DNA of 64,000 nucleotides from Patescibacteria group bacterium (GCA_036845805.1 DAIUDD010000002.1:129112-193111), one strand, 5' to 3'. Counted from the first letter of the stretch, positions 1 to 9,710 are shown. A program made the numbers and translations. The notes: generated from the sequence alone by a model not told the origin.

Positions 1-200
1 CTCGTCCACGACCACAAGCTAATACTTTTGTACCAGATTTAATATTAACATCTTCACCTAAATGTATGCCCCAGTATTTTGTGCCATACCAACATTTTTC
101 TTTAAATTTATAGCTATTAACTTTGTAATTCTCGAGTGGAAAGATTAATTTTTTGGTTAATAAATAAGCCATAAAATATTATTCGCATGTTATCCGTGTA

Positions 201-1280
201 TCACATACCCTTATCTAACAAATAAATCATCAGGGTGGTGACGCAGGCAATCGCGGTAATAATCCAATAACGCATCACAATGGTTTCATTTTTAATGCCT
301 TTAAACTGAAAATTATGGTGCAAGGGCGCGGCAATAAAAAATTGCCGTTTTTCTTGTGGCCAGCCGCGCCTTAAGCCATATTGACGATAAGCAATCTGAA
401 TAATATCGGAAAGGGTAGTTAGAACAAGCATAATACCAGCTAAAGGCAAGAGCAAAACCGTATTAGTTAAAAAGGCAATAATGGTTAAAACGGTAGTTAA
501 GGGTAAAATACCTGTTTCGCCAATATAAAAACGCGCTGGCGGGGCATTAAACCACAAAAACACAGCTAAAGTGCCGGCAATCATGGCACAAAAAGCAGCT
601 AAGTTAACTTGACCGCGCATAAAAGCAATCACGCCAAAAGTGACGAAAATCGGAGCAAAGACACCGCCGGACAAACCATCGATGCCGTCAATTACACCAG
701 AAGAAAAAACAGCCACCATGGTAATGGCAAAAAGCGGAATATAAAAACCATTAATATAAAAATCACCAAAAAAAGGAATGTGAATGGTGTCCCAACCTAA
801 TTTAAAATGAAACCACCAGGCGCCAATTAAACCAATAATTAAAACAATGATAATGCGCCGGCCCAAACTCATGCCACCGCCAAGATATTTGCCGCCAGAC
901 AATCTAGTGGTTAATAAATCATCAAACAAACCAATGATCCCGGCGGCGACCAAAGTAAAAAGAGGCAGCCAGGTTTCAGCGCGGGATAAAAAATTTAGAT
1001 TGAAAAATAAACCATCAAATAAACGATTAAATAAAGCAATGACCAATGCTAAAACCAATATAGTTACCCAAATTAAAAGGCCGCCGCCACGGGGAGTAAA
1101 TACCTTGTCATCTTTTTCAATTTTTTTAAAAGTTTCCAAAACGCGGCCGTCGGGCGTATATTTACGCGCCTGCTTTTTCCATAATTGCCACTTATGTAAG
1201 GAGCGCGCCAAAATTGGCGCCCACCAGAAAGCGCCCACAAAAGCCAAAACTGTTAAAATGAAAATTTTTACAACACTCAT
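201..1280 (-). CDS. mraY: Phospho-N-acetylmuramoyl-pentapeptide transferase (MraY), polyprenyl-phosphate sugar transferase family
   Basis: 359 aa, about 10 TM segments, and motifs DDxxD-like 'GLFDDLL', 'FYIGETG' and 'APLHHNFQ' typical of MraY/WecA. Confidence 0.8.
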   Translation of the reverse strand: MSVVKIFILTVLAFVGAFWWAPILARSLHKWQLWKKQARKYTPDGRVLETFKKIEKDDKVFTPRGGGLLIWVTILVLALVIALFNRLFDGLFFNLNFLSRAETWLPLFTLVAAGIIGLFDDLLTTRLSGGKYLGGGMSLGRRIIIVLIIGLIGAWWFHFKLGWDTIHIPFFGDFYINGFYIPLFAITMVAVFSSGVIDGIDGLSGGVFAPIFVTFGVIAFMRGQVNLAAFCAMIAGTLAVFLWFNAPPARFYIGETGILPLTTVLTIIAFLTNTVLLLPLAGIMLVLTTLSDIIQIAYRQYGLRRGWPQEKRQFFIAAPLHHNFQFKGIKNETIVMRYWIITAIACVTTLMIYLLDKGM

Positions 1281-1410
1281 AAATTATGAATTATGGTTTT
1301 CTGTCCTCTCCTTTTCAGGGAGGGGACTTAAGCCCAAAGGGCTAAGGGGGTGGTTAATAAATCGCCGATAAGCGTTGTCATCCCGTGCCACGACACGGGA
1401 TCCAGAAAAA

Positions 1411-1818
1411 TTATTTACTTACATGATAAATTACGCTCCATTGTTTAAACCATCTAAAATCTTTATGAAAATGATAATGCTCAACAATATCTAAAATTAA
1501 ATGAATCATATTACTCAAAAATATTAATAAAATTATCTGATTAAAAAATGATAAAATCGCTAAAACAAAATTAAATTCTGGCGAATGAAAAATATATAAA
1601 TGGGCTTGCATCTTTTTACGTTCATTTTTCCCAGCCACAAGCAATTTTTTAAAATTTGAAGTTTTTTCTTTAAAAATAAGGTATATAACATGATCAACGT
1701 CTATTAAAATTCCAAAAATAATAAATAATAAATAAAATTTTAATGAATTAATAACCCCAAAACGGTAAAATATTACGCCCGTAGCTATATTGACGACTAA
1801 GTGTTTTGAAAGATTCAT
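1411..1818 (-). CDS. Small integral membrane protein (hypothetical; His-rich C-terminal 'HYHFH')
   Basis: 135-aa ORF with 3-4 hydrophobic helices; no family recognised. Confidence 0.35.
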   Translation of the reverse strand: MNLSKHLVVNIATGVIFYRFGVINSLKFYLLFIIFGILIDVDHVIYLIFKEKTSNFKKLLVAGKNERKKMQAHLYIFHSPEFNFVLAILSFFNQIILLIFLSNMIHLILDIVEHYHFHKDFRWFKQWSVIYHVSK

Positions 1819-1971
1819 GTTTTAATTTTTTATTTTCTGGATTCCCGATTTTCATCGGAATGACAATTTTTATTACTTTATTACCTTATTACTTTATTAC
1901 CAAATAATCACGGAATCCTTCGACTTCATTTCGCTTTTGCAAAACTTCGCTCGCTCAGGATGATAACCACC

Positions 1972-3045
1972 TTAGAATTGCTTTAAAAACCTTAAATCAC
2001 CAGAATGCATCAAGCGCACATCATCAATGCCATATTTCATCATCACCAGCCGATCAAGGCCCACATTAATATAAAATCCTTGCCATTTTTTTGGATCAAG
2101 ACCACCAGCTTTTAGGACGTTGGGGTGTGGCGCGCCGCCGGGCATCACTTCCAACCAACCGCGCTGTTTACAAACACTGCAACCCTTTCCACCACAAACC
2201 TGGCATTCCATATCAATTTCAAAGCCGGGTTCCACAAAAGGAAAAAAACCGGCACGCATGCGAATTTTTACCTCATGGCCAAAAGTGCGCGCTAATATAG
2301 TTTTAATTAAAATTTTACCAGCGGCAAAAGAAATATTTTCATCCACAATTAAAGCTTCGTATTGATAAAAACAACGTTCGTGTCCGGCATCGGTGGCTTC
2401 ACTTCGAAAAACACGACCAGGATAAACAAATCTAAGTGGCGGTTGGTGGGTTTGCATATAAAGCACGCTGCCACCTGTTAAATGTGGCCGCAAACACAAC
2501 CTTTCAAATCCTTTTTCTTCACTTTCATTTTGACTTTTTAATTTTGACTTTTGACTTTGTATCCAATACGTATCCATTGATTCGCGCGCCGGATGATCAG
2601 GGGGAAAATTTAAAGAATCAAAAGCATAACCTTCGGAAGTAATTTCCGGCCCGTCATAAATTTCAAAATTTAAAGAACGAAATGTGTCATTTAATTCGTA
2701 GATTATGGAAGTGATCGGATGAAGCGAGCCAATTTTCTGTGATTGGCCGGGGATGGTGGGATCAAAAGTTTTTTGAAAATTCTTATTTTTTTCCTTAGCA
2801 TCACCAGCTAAAATATTTTTGGTTTCTGAAAAAATTTTCTCGGCTTCAGTTTTAATCTCATTAATCAAACGACCCATGGCTGGCTTTTCTGCAATTGCTA
2901 CATTTCTGACCTCTTTAAAAACTGTGGTCAATTGTCCTTGACGGCCAAGATATTTATAATACAATTCCTCTAGTTCTTGGCTATTTTTGACCGCTTTAAT
3001 TTTTTCTAATAATTCTTTTTTTAAGTGGTTTAATTTTGCCTGCAT
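1972..3045 (-). CDS. pheS: Phenylalanine--tRNA ligase alpha subunit
   Basis: Class II aaRS motifs ('FRSEATDAGHERCFYQYEALIVDENISFA', 'GFFPFVEPGFEIDMEC', 'GGLDPKKWQGFYINVGLDRL'). Also carries an in-frame tandem 'ttttgact' repeat encoding a KSKLKSQ insert. Confidence 0.9.
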   Translation of the reverse strand: MQAKLNHLKKELLEKIKAVKNSQELEELYYKYLGRQGQLTTVFKEVRNVAIAEKPAMGRLINEIKTEAEKIFSETKNILAGDAKEKNKNFQKTFDPTIPGQSQKIGSLHPITSIIYELNDTFRSLNFEIYDGPEITSEGYAFDSLNFPPDHPARESMDTYWIQSQKSKLKSQNESEEKGFERLCLRPHLTGGSVLYMQTHQPPLRFVYPGRVFRSEATDAGHERCFYQYEALIVDENISFAAGKILIKTILARTFGHEVKIRMRAGFFPFVEPGFEIDMECQVCGGKGCSVCKQRGWLEVMPGGAPHPNVLKAGGLDPKKWQGFYINVGLDRLVMMKYGIDDVRLMHSGDLRFLKQF

Positions 3046-3078
3046 ATTATTTTTTAAAATTTGTCGCCGGTGAGGCAG

Positions 3079-3573
3079 CTAGGATTTAGTTAAATTAGAA
3101 GATAAATTTTCGGGGATAGATTTTTCAGTTTTATTTTTTTCTGATTCTTCACTGTTTTGATAATGATTTTGAAAATAAAATTCAACAAGAGAAAAAAGAA
3201 TAACTAATAAAAGTAGATTCCACCAGGTAACCAAGCGCTGACTTTGTAACAATAATGTACCAACGATAATTAAAGCAAACCAAATACTTTGGCGGCCGGA
3301 AGCAATCATCTGATCGGCGGGAAAAACACTATGATGAAAAAAATAACGCATTAAAAATCCAAACAAAGAAAATGTCCCAACTAAAGCAAAAAATAAGGAG
3401 AGATAAAACAAAACAAAAACAAAAAAAGTAGCGCTTTCGGGGTTAATATTAAAGACTACCAAAAACCAAGCACCCCAACTCAACAATAAGGAAAAAATTA
3501 TAAAAATAAGGTAGGTTTTTAAAGACATTTTAATTAAACCTTGAAAGTTTTCCCAAGGTTGATTAAACTTCAC
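3079..3573 (-). CDS. Integral membrane protein (hypothetical, 4 TM)
   Basis: 164-aa hydrophobic ORF; no family recognised. Confidence 0.4.
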   Translation of the reverse strand: MKFNQPWENFQGLIKMSLKTYLIFIIFSLLLSWGAWFLVVFNINPESATFFVFVLFYLSLFFALVGTFSLFGFLMRYFFHHSVFPADQMIASGRQSIWFALIIVGTLLLQSQRLVTWWNLLLLVILFSLVEFYFQNHYQNSEESEKNKTEKSIPENLSSNLTKS

Positions 3574-3699
3574 TATTTACTTTAATTTTACCAAAATAAC
3601 AGATCTTTAGCAAACACAGTTAAAAACAGAAAATCCCGGCTTTAAGGCGGGATTTTCTGTTCTCTAAAAAATTGCTTTTGGCTAAAAAACAATAAAAGA

Positions 3700-3876
3700 T
3701 TAAAGATCAGCTGGTCTGATAGTTGATCTTTTGTTATCTTCACATCTTTTGGCGGCTTTGTCAAGCATATGAGCAACTTCTTTGCTCAAAGCTTCAGCCA
3801 AATCGCCAGCCATATGAAGATTTTTGCCTTTGACATAGGCTTTAACTTTGGAACCGACTACAAGCATGTCTTCCAT
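3700..3876 (-). CDS. Bacterial histone-fold DNA-binding protein (Bd0055/HBb-like, DUF1931-like singlet histone)
   Basis: Hand-translated 58-aa ORF, below the ORF-track cutoff: MEDMLVVGSKVKAYVKGKNLHMAGDLAEALSKEVAHMLDKAAKRCEDNKRSTIRPADL. Aligns residue-by-residue with my recollection of Bdellovibrio histone Bd0055 (MAEVLVVTSKVKKLIKEKGQMNTSAETIDVLSKAIEQLCLKAVDSAKADGRKTVMARDI), including the 'VVxSKVK' motif and the C-terminal 'RKT/RST-I-xxxDI' motif of the histone fold. Confidence 0.55.
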   Translation of the reverse strand: MEDMLVVGSKVKAYVKGKNLHMAGDLAEALSKEVAHMLDKAAKRCEDNKRSTIRPADL

Positions 3877-3994
3877 AATATTATTGAGTTTAAATTTGTT
3901 TTAAATTTAAACTAATTAATTTTAATTTAATGTTGCGCAAAACTTAAAGATATTATAGCAAATTGGGGAAAAAAATAACAATTTCTTTTTTAAG

Positions 3995-4068
3995 CGGAGC
4001 GGACGAGACTTGAACTCGCGACCTCTGCCGTGACAGGGCAGCGTTCTAACCAACTGAACTACCGCTCC
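3995..4068 (-). tRNA. tRNA-Asp (GTC)
   Basis: Hand-folded cloverleaf GGAGCGG-TA-GTTC..GAAC-G-CTGCC-CTGTCAC-GGCAG-..-GCGAG-TTCAAGT-CTCGT-CCGCTCC-G. Anticodon GTC; no encoded CCA. Confidence 0.8.
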
Positions 4069-4090
4069 GCGCAAAAAAGAAAAGTAAATT

Positions 4091-4411
4091 TTATTCATTC
4101 CAAAAAATCAAAGCTACAGAAATTATACCTAAAAAAATACCCACTAATTGTATTTTTGTCAAATATTCTTTATACAAAATAATGCCTATCAAGCTAGCAA
4201 AAACAGCGGAAACAACAGAAAAAATTACTGCGCCTCTGGCTAAACCAGAACCATTTTTTAAAGCAAATAACCAAAAAGTATTAGCTATAACATATGCCAA
4301 AATAGCACCAACGGCCCAAACTAAACCTGTTTTTAAAGACCATTCTTTGGCCAAAATATCTGCAATTATCTCAAACAAAATTAATAAACTTAAGAAAAAT
4401 ATCCAGTTCAT
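4091..4411 (-). CDS. Small multidrug resistance (SMR/EmrE-like) 4-TM transporter
   Basis: 106 aa with four TM helices and a conserved Glu in TM1 ('FEIIADILAKEW'), typical of the SMR/DMT superfamily. Confidence 0.65.
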   Translation of the reverse strand: MNWIFFLSLLILFEIIADILAKEWSLKTGLVWAVGAILAYVIANTFWLFALKNGSGLARGAVIFSVVSAVFASLIGIILYKEYLTKIQLVGIFLGIISVALIFWNE

Positions 4412-4575
4412 AAGATCAAAATTATTCTATCACAAATTTGAAATAAAGCAAGAAAAAATATTATCGCCTATTGGCTATCTTGTTAACCGCCCCCTCCGCT
4501 CCACTCTCCACAAGGGAGGTGAAGCGAGAGGCCCCGCCTTGAAAAGGCGGGGAGTTTTAAAATTCCCTTAATTTC

Positions 4576-6039
4576 TTAGTTTCTAATTTCTAATTTCTCC
4601 CCCACTCCAAACAAAATCTCTTCTCCCCACCATGGGCCGATGAGTTGCGCGCCAATTGGCAAACCGGCTTTGGTTTGGCCACAAGGAATTGACATGGCGG
4701 GCAGACCGGCTAAATTAACTGGCACAGTAAAAATATCTTCCAAATACATGGTCAAAGGATCATTAATTTTTTCACCGATTTTAAAAGCGGGCGTGGGAGT
4801 GGTGGGAGTTAATAAAAGATCAACTTGCTTAAATACTTTTTCAAAATCTTCGCGAATTAAAGCACGCACTTGCTGCGCTTTTTTATAATAGGCATCATAG
4901 TAACCAGCAGACAAAGTATAAGTGCCGAGCATTATTCTTCTTTTAACTTCTTCGCCCAAAAATTCAGCCCTTGTTTTTTTATAATGAGCTAACAAATTTT
5001 CTGAATCTACAGACTGGCCATAACGAATGCCATCAAAACGAGCCAAATTAGCGCTGGTTTCGGCTGGCTGAATTATATAATAAACAGCGAGCGCATATTC
5101 GGTATGCGGCAAACTAATATCAATAATTTGGGCGCCTAATTCTTCAGCTTTTTTGATTGCTTCTTTCACCGATTTCTCTACTTCCGGATCGATTCCAGCA
5201 ACAAAATATTCTTTAGGAATGCCGATTTTAAGATTCTTCAAATTTTCTTTTCCCTTAATTTCTTCATTTCTGGTTGCTTCAGCAACCATCCCGCCGTGGC
5301 GGGATGAAAGCGGAGCTTTCAATTTCTTAATTTCCATGCTAGTTGCATCTTTTTCATCTTTGCCTTTAATGACATCAAAAACAATTTTAGCATCAGCCAC
5401 TGTTTTGGTTAGAGGGCCAACTTGATCCAAAGATGAGGCCATGGCAATCAAACCATAACGGGAAACTGCGCCATAAGTTGGTTTTAGACCAACTACGCCG
5501 CAAAAAGTAGCTGGTTCGCGCACTGAACCGCCAGTATCAGTGCCGAGCGCATAAACAGCTAAATCAGCAGCCACGGCGGCGGCGGAACCACCAGAAGACC
5601 CGCCAGGCACGCGCTCTAAGTCATGGGGGTTTTTTACCAAGCCAAAACCAGAATTTTCATTAGAGCCGCCCATGGCAAATTCATCACAATTATTTTTACC
5701 TAAAATCACCGCGTCGGCGTTTTTTATTTTGGCGACGGCCATGGCGTCGTATGGAGCAAAGTAATTAGCTAAAATTTTGGAAGCGGCAGTGGTTTTGATG
5801 CCTTCAGTCATTAAAACATCTTTCACGCTCATTGGGATGCCAGCCAATAAAGAAATTTCAGCACCATTTTTAATTTTTTCATCAACAACAGCGGCTTGAG
5901 CTAAAGCTTCATCTTTAGTCACGGTAATAAAAGCATTAAGTTCCGGGTTTTTGTTTTCAAGACGCGCTAAATATTCGCGGGTTAATTCGACCGCAGAGAA
6001 TTTTTTATTAATTAATTTTTCATGAAGTTCTTGGATCAT
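4576..6039 (-). CDS. gatA: Glutamyl-tRNA(Gln) amidotransferase subunit A
   Basis: Amidase signature 'GGSSGGSAAAVAA' plus 'GTDTGGSVREPA'; 487 aa; immediately downstream of gatC. Confidence 0.9.
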   Translation of the reverse strand: MIQELHEKLINKKFSAVELTREYLARLENKNPELNAFITVTKDEALAQAAVVDEKIKNGAEISLLAGIPMSVKDVLMTEGIKTTAASKILANYFAPYDAMAVAKIKNADAVILGKNNCDEFAMGGSNENSGFGLVKNPHDLERVPGGSSGGSAAAVAADLAVYALGTDTGGSVREPATFCGVVGLKPTYGAVSRYGLIAMASSLDQVGPLTKTVADAKIVFDVIKGKDEKDATSMEIKKLKAPLSSRHGGMVAEATRNEEIKGKENLKNLKIGIPKEYFVAGIDPEVEKSVKEAIKKAEELGAQIIDISLPHTEYALAVYYIIQPAETSANLARFDGIRYGQSVDSENLLAHYKKTRAEFLGEEVKRRIMLGTYTLSAGYYDAYYKKAQQVRALIREDFEKVFKQVDLLLTPTTPTPAFKIGEKINDPLTMYLEDIFTVPVNLAGLPAMSIPCGQTKAGLPIGAQLIGPWWGEEILFGVGEKLEIRN

Positions 6040-6149
6040 AATTTTATGTCATGCCGTCCCGCGTTCGCGGGATCGGCATCTCTTTATTTCAAAATAATCT
6101 TAGGTTGAGAGATCCTGAAATAAATTCAGGATGACAAAATAAATTAAAA

Positions 6150-6488
6150 CTAAAACACTGACCTGACTTTCACTTGCCCCTTCTCTACTTCTGGCGCCAT
6201 ATCAATTAATTCCCCAAATTTCTCCTGCCTGCCATCGCCTGACGGCGAAGCCAATGGCGGGCAGGCTACTTCTTTATTTCTTAATTTCTCCTCATCTTCC
6301 CGCCAAACATTGGTCAAATCAATCGTGCCGCCATCAGCGGTAGGCACGTTTTGTGTATCAACCTCTTTTAATTTATTCATATAATCTAAAATGCGATCAA
6401 GCTGGGCTTGATATTTTTCTACTTCATCATTAGTTAAACTGATTTTAGCTAAATCAGCTATATGTTCGACATCACTTTTGGTAAGCAT
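6150..6488 (-). CDS. gatC: Asp/Glu-tRNA amidotransferase subunit C
   Basis: 112 aa; N-terminus 'LTKSDVEHIADLAKISLTNDEVEKYQAQLDRILDYMNKL' matches GatC; sits upstream of gatA. Confidence 0.8.
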   Translation of the reverse strand: MLTKSDVEHIADLAKISLTNDEVEKYQAQLDRILDYMNKLKEVDTQNVPTADGGTIDLTNVWREDEEKLRNKEVACPPLASPSGDGRQEKFGELIDMAPEVEKGQVKVRSVF

Positions 6489-6531
6489 AAAAATTAAAAT
6501 TATGTCTCTATTTTAGCATAAATTTAATTTT

Positions 6532-6559
6532 TGACAAATTATAATTTTTAGTTTATAAT
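6532..6559 (+). promoter_or_regulatory. Consensus sigma70-like promoter (TTGACA-N16-TATAAT) driving a short non-coding transcript
   Basis: Exact TTGACA at 6532-6537 and exact TATAAT at 6554-6559. Confidence 0.5.
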
Positions 6560-6566
6560 CTATTTG

Positions 6567-6706
6567 GTTCGTTCGCGAGATTACATTAAGCCCTGATAAG
6601 ATAAAAAGTGCTGGAAAACGTGTGCCAAATCAAAGCCACTCCTCTTTGATTTTGGCTATCCCCGCGTTTTCTTACGGTTGCTTATCAGGGCTTTTTTATT
6701 TTTTAC
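6567..6706 (+). ncRNA. Candidate small structured RNA (unclassified), about 130 nt, ending in an intrinsic terminator
   Basis: Closing 12-bp helix AGCCCTGATAAG (6590-6601) / CTTATCAGGGCT (6681-6692) followed by TTTTTTATTTTTT. Nested helices inside (CCAAATCAAAG/CTTTGATTTTGG; GGAAAACG/CGTTTTC). No ORF. Confidence 0.3.
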
Positions 6707-6798
6707 ACTTGACTTTTAAATTTAAAATATTAAAATCAGATTAAACATCAAAATTTAAAATTAAAAAAATTCTGCTAAGCCAAAGCGAGGAGGTAAAA

Positions 6799-7128
6799 AT
6801 GCAGAAGAAAAAATACAAAAATTATCCAACATGCACATGGTTTGTGCTGATTGTACATTGGACAAAAAAACAGATACAAATTTTTTATTCAAAGCGAGAA
6901 CAGGCTATAGATGAAAAAATTAGCAATTTACAAGAATCCATTCCTGATTTACCAGAGAATGAAAGAGCACGACCAATTGATGGCACAAATATGCCGAGCG
7001 CTCACAAATATAAAATGCCTTTTGCTGGATCAAAACGTGGCCCAACTCAGATAAACATTAAAAAAAGTTTCCACACAATATTGCCACATTTAAAAGGAGT
7101 AAAAATCAAATTCACCAAATTAGAATAG
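6799..7128 (+). CDS. Hypothetical Lys-rich protein (109 aa)
   Basis: Strong SD 'GAGGAGGTAAAA' before the ATG; TTGACT-N16-TAAAAT promoter at 6709-6736; hairpin terminator at 7133-7170. No family recognised. Confidence 0.4.
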   Translation: MQKKKYKNYPTCTWFVLIVHWTKKQIQIFYSKREQAIDEKISNLQESIPDLPENERARPIDGTNMPSAHKYKMPFAGSKRGPTQINIKKSFHTILPHLKGVKIKFTKLE

Positions 7129-7132
7129 AATT

Positions 7133-7170
7133 AAAAATCCTCCGTTTGAAGCGGAGGATTTTATTTTACT
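7133..7170. terminator. Bidirectional rho-independent terminator (AATCCTCCG-TTTGA-AGCGGAGGATT + T-run)
   Basis: 9-bp GC-rich stem flanked by T/A runs; lies between convergent genes. Confidence 0.6.
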
Positions 7171-7197
7171 CATCATTTATATTTACTGCCGAATTAT

Positions 7198-8835
7198 CTA
7201 ATTATTGTCGCTTGTCTCTTGTTGCTTGTTGCTAATTATTAAATATTTCTGCGCTTCTTTTTTGTTTTTAATTTTACCCAATAATTGCGCTTCGCGAAGC
7301 TTTTCTTTAAGTTCACCGACTCTTTTTCCTGACGAGATTTTAAGCAGGTGCATAATCTCAGTGCCATCAATCAGAGGTTTGGGCAGAGCATTTAATCTTT
7401 GCTTTTCTTTTAACAACGCTCTCATACTTTTAATTCTTTTCAAAAGCGCGCCAATTAAATCAAATTCTAATTTGCCAGTTTGGGGAATAGTGGCCAAAGA
7501 ATCAAGATAAGCTAATTTGATTAAATTTAAACCTGAATAATTTTCGGAAAAAAAATATTTTTCAATAGTGGTTGGCCGAAATTCCGAAGGATGGCCATGA
7601 ATTAACATCATGTGTTTTCGAACCAACCAAGAAACATTGTCAGGACTAATGCCATATTTCTCCGGGGCAGAAAAAGTTAATCGTTCACAAATATTCTTGG
7701 CCAAATCAGCGCCGACGTTGTCATGTTCATAAAATCTAATGCGTTCAACCTTGTCTTTGGCTGGCGTTTCAATGGTATAGGGTTTGCCGAGGTCGTGAAA
7801 AATAATTGCAAAGACTAATTCGAGTCTTTGTTTAATAAAATCTTTTCCTGGTTGCTTGTCGCTTATTACTAATAACTTTTCCACTTTCTTCTCAAATATT
7901 CTAAATTGCGGACTATTTATTTTATTAAGTGCTAATTTTGTATGCTGCCAAACATCGCCTTCAGAATGAAAATTTTTTGGCTGGGGGCATTTTTTCATTT
8001 TTAAAATTTCCGGCATTAAAATTTTAAAAATTCCCAGCTGATCGCACAAATCAAGGGCGGAGACGGGCTGATAATAAAAAGCACGCAATAATTCTTTGGC
8101 AATGGTTTCCCGTGGTGCAATCCAGTCCCCTTTTTTATTTTTATCATTAAGGCGCGGGGTTAATTTTTTAATCGCGATAAAAGTTTTTTTCTCAATTTTA
8201 AAATTCAACTGGCACGAAAGGCGCACGGCACGCAAAATTCTGGAATAATCTTCCCCAAATCTTTCGGCTGGCTTACCAACCGCTCGGATAGTTTTATTTT
8301 TCAGGTCATCAAGACCACAAAAAGGGTCAATTATTTTATCTGTCATCCTCGAGAAATCGAGGATCCCATCTTTATTAGCAATCAACACCGCCACAGCATT
8401 AATGGTAAAATCTCTTCTTAACAAATCTTCTTTCAGCGCTAATTTTTTATCAAATTTAACTTTAAAATCTTTATAACCGCCGGTGTTAAAAGAAAATTCT
8501 GTGCGCGGCAGGGCAATATCAAGCGGTTCAAAATTATTATCATTAATAAATTTCTTGGGCTTAAATTTCAAAACGCCAAAATTCCGACCAAGTTTTTCCA
8601 CCCAGCCAAGACGGCCTAAAAATTCTTCTAACTTTTTCATGGGGACATGACGAACCACAAAATCAAAATCCTTATTGTCTTTGACACCAAGCAAAGCATC
8701 GCGGACCGCGCCACCAACTAAATAAACTTCGGCCTGGGGAAATTCTTTAACTAACTTCTTTGACCAATCTAAAACCGCGCCCTTTTCCAGGGTTTGCAGA
8801 AATTTATTTAAATTGGACTCATGAGTTTTATTCAT
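7198..8835 (-). CDS. cca: CCA-adding tRNA nucleotidyltransferase / poly(A) polymerase family with HD domain
   Basis: Pol-beta NTase motif 'LVGGAVRDALLGVKDNKDFDFVV', 'RDFTINA', and C-terminal HD region ('IFHDLGKP'). Start set at MNKTHES (8835); the longer ORF-track start reads through a palindromic repeat. Confidence 0.8.
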   Translation of the reverse strand: MNKTHESNLNKFLQTLEKGAVLDWSKKLVKEFPQAEVYLVGGAVRDALLGVKDNKDFDFVVRHVPMKKLEEFLGRLGWVEKLGRNFGVLKFKPKKFINDNNFEPLDIALPRTEFSFNTGGYKDFKVKFDKKLALKEDLLRRDFTINAVAVLIANKDGILDFSRMTDKIIDPFCGLDDLKNKTIRAVGKPAERFGEDYSRILRAVRLSCQLNFKIEKKTFIAIKKLTPRLNDKNKKGDWIAPRETIAKELLRAFYYQPVSALDLCDQLGIFKILMPEILKMKKCPQPKNFHSEGDVWQHTKLALNKINSPQFRIFEKKVEKLLVISDKQPGKDFIKQRLELVFAIIFHDLGKPYTIETPAKDKVERIRFYEHDNVGADLAKNICERLTFSAPEKYGISPDNVSWLVRKHMMLIHGHPSEFRPTTIEKYFFSENYSGLNLIKLAYLDSLATIPQTGKLEFDLIGALLKRIKSMRALLKEKQRLNALPKPLIDGTEIMHLLKISSGKRVGELKEKLREAQLLGKIKNKKEAQKYLIISNKQQETSDNN

Positions 8836-9073
8836 GCTCTGTTTTATTTTGTCGTCCCGAACTCCCGCCCGCCTCGCAAGCGAGAGCGTTGCGGGCAGGT
8901 GTTTCAGGATCTCTATAATAAAAAAATTATTCTTTGTAAAAAGATGCTGAAATAAATTCAGCATGACAAAAAACATTACTATTATAATAAATTCATTTTA
9001 CCTCTAAAAATCAATTTTTTCAAGCAAACAAAAAATTACCATCTCTGATAATTTTTTGTTTTATAATTTAAAA

Positions 9074-9586
9074 TTACTTAATTGCTAATAATTCCACTTC
9101 AAAAATCAAAGTGGCTTTGGCTGGAATAGCACCGGGGATACCCTCTTCGCCATAAGCTAAATTATAGGGAATGGTTAATTTTCTTTTTTCACCAACTTTC
9201 ATGCCAGAAACCCCCTGATCCCAACCAGCAATCACCCGGCCAGCACCTAGCGGAAATTCAAATGGCGCGCCACGATCAAGACTAGAATCAAATTTAGTGC
9301 CATCAGTCAACCAGCCGGTATAATGAACCACGGCAATCTCGCCAGCCATAATTTGTCTATCACCGGTGCCCACATTTAATGTTTCAATTTGTAATTCCAT
9401 ATTATTATTTATTTTTTCTGGTTCTTTGGGTGTAGTCTCTGCCAACTGGTTCTCTTCTTTGGTTAAAACATTTTCTGTAGTCGGATTAGAAATATCGGCA
9501 ACATCGGGCTTGATAAAAACCAAATAAACAGCCAGAATGACAATTATTAATATGACTAATAAGGCAATGCTTTCGCGCGTATTCAT
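9074..9586 (-). CDS. FKBP-type peptidyl-prolyl cis-trans isomerase, membrane-anchored
   Basis: N-terminal TM then FKBP domain ('[55 protein letters not shown]...[12 protein letters not shown]'). Confidence 0.8.
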   Translation of the reverse strand: MNTRESIALLVILIIVILAVYLVFIKPDVADISNPTTENVLTKEENQLAETTPKEPEKINNNMELQIETLNVGTGDRQIMAGEIAVVHYTGWLTDGTKFDSSLDRGAPFEFPLGAGRVIAGWDQGVSGMKVGEKRKLTIPYNLAYGEEGIPGAIPAKATLIFEVELLAIK

Positions 9587-9628
9587 AAATATAAAAAACA
9601 AATTTTATATTAAAAAATATTTTTCAAT

Positions 9629-9672
9629 TGCCTGGGGGCAGAACCCCGATGGACATCGGGGCGCAAGGATAC
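9629..9672 (-). pseudogene. Degenerate 3' fragment of tRNA-Phe (duplicate of anticodon-stem-to-3'-end region, T-stem replaced by a CCCCGATG..CATCGGGG hairpin)
   Basis: 27-nt identical repeat 'atatttttcaattgcctgggggcagaa' at 9611-9637 and 9697-9723; reverse complement reads ...ATCCTTGCG[CCCCGATGTCCATCGGGG]TTCTGCCCCCAGGCA. Confidence 0.5.
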
Positions 9673-9710
9673 ATTCCACAACGGGTTTTGATATTAAAAT
9701 ATTTTTCAAT

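Noticed and set aside
4182-4571. 129-aa plus-strand ORF
   Set aside because: Lies entirely antisense to the SMR transporter gene and the downstream hairpin repeat; composition (K/A/P-rich) is typical of antisense translation of a membrane-protein gene.
6567-6706. Assignment of the small RNA as SRP (4.5S) RNA
   Set aside because: Rod-like topology fits, but the apical loop (CCACTCC) lacks the conserved GNRA/GGAA tetraloop and the AGCA symmetric-loop signature of SRP domain IV; left unclassified.
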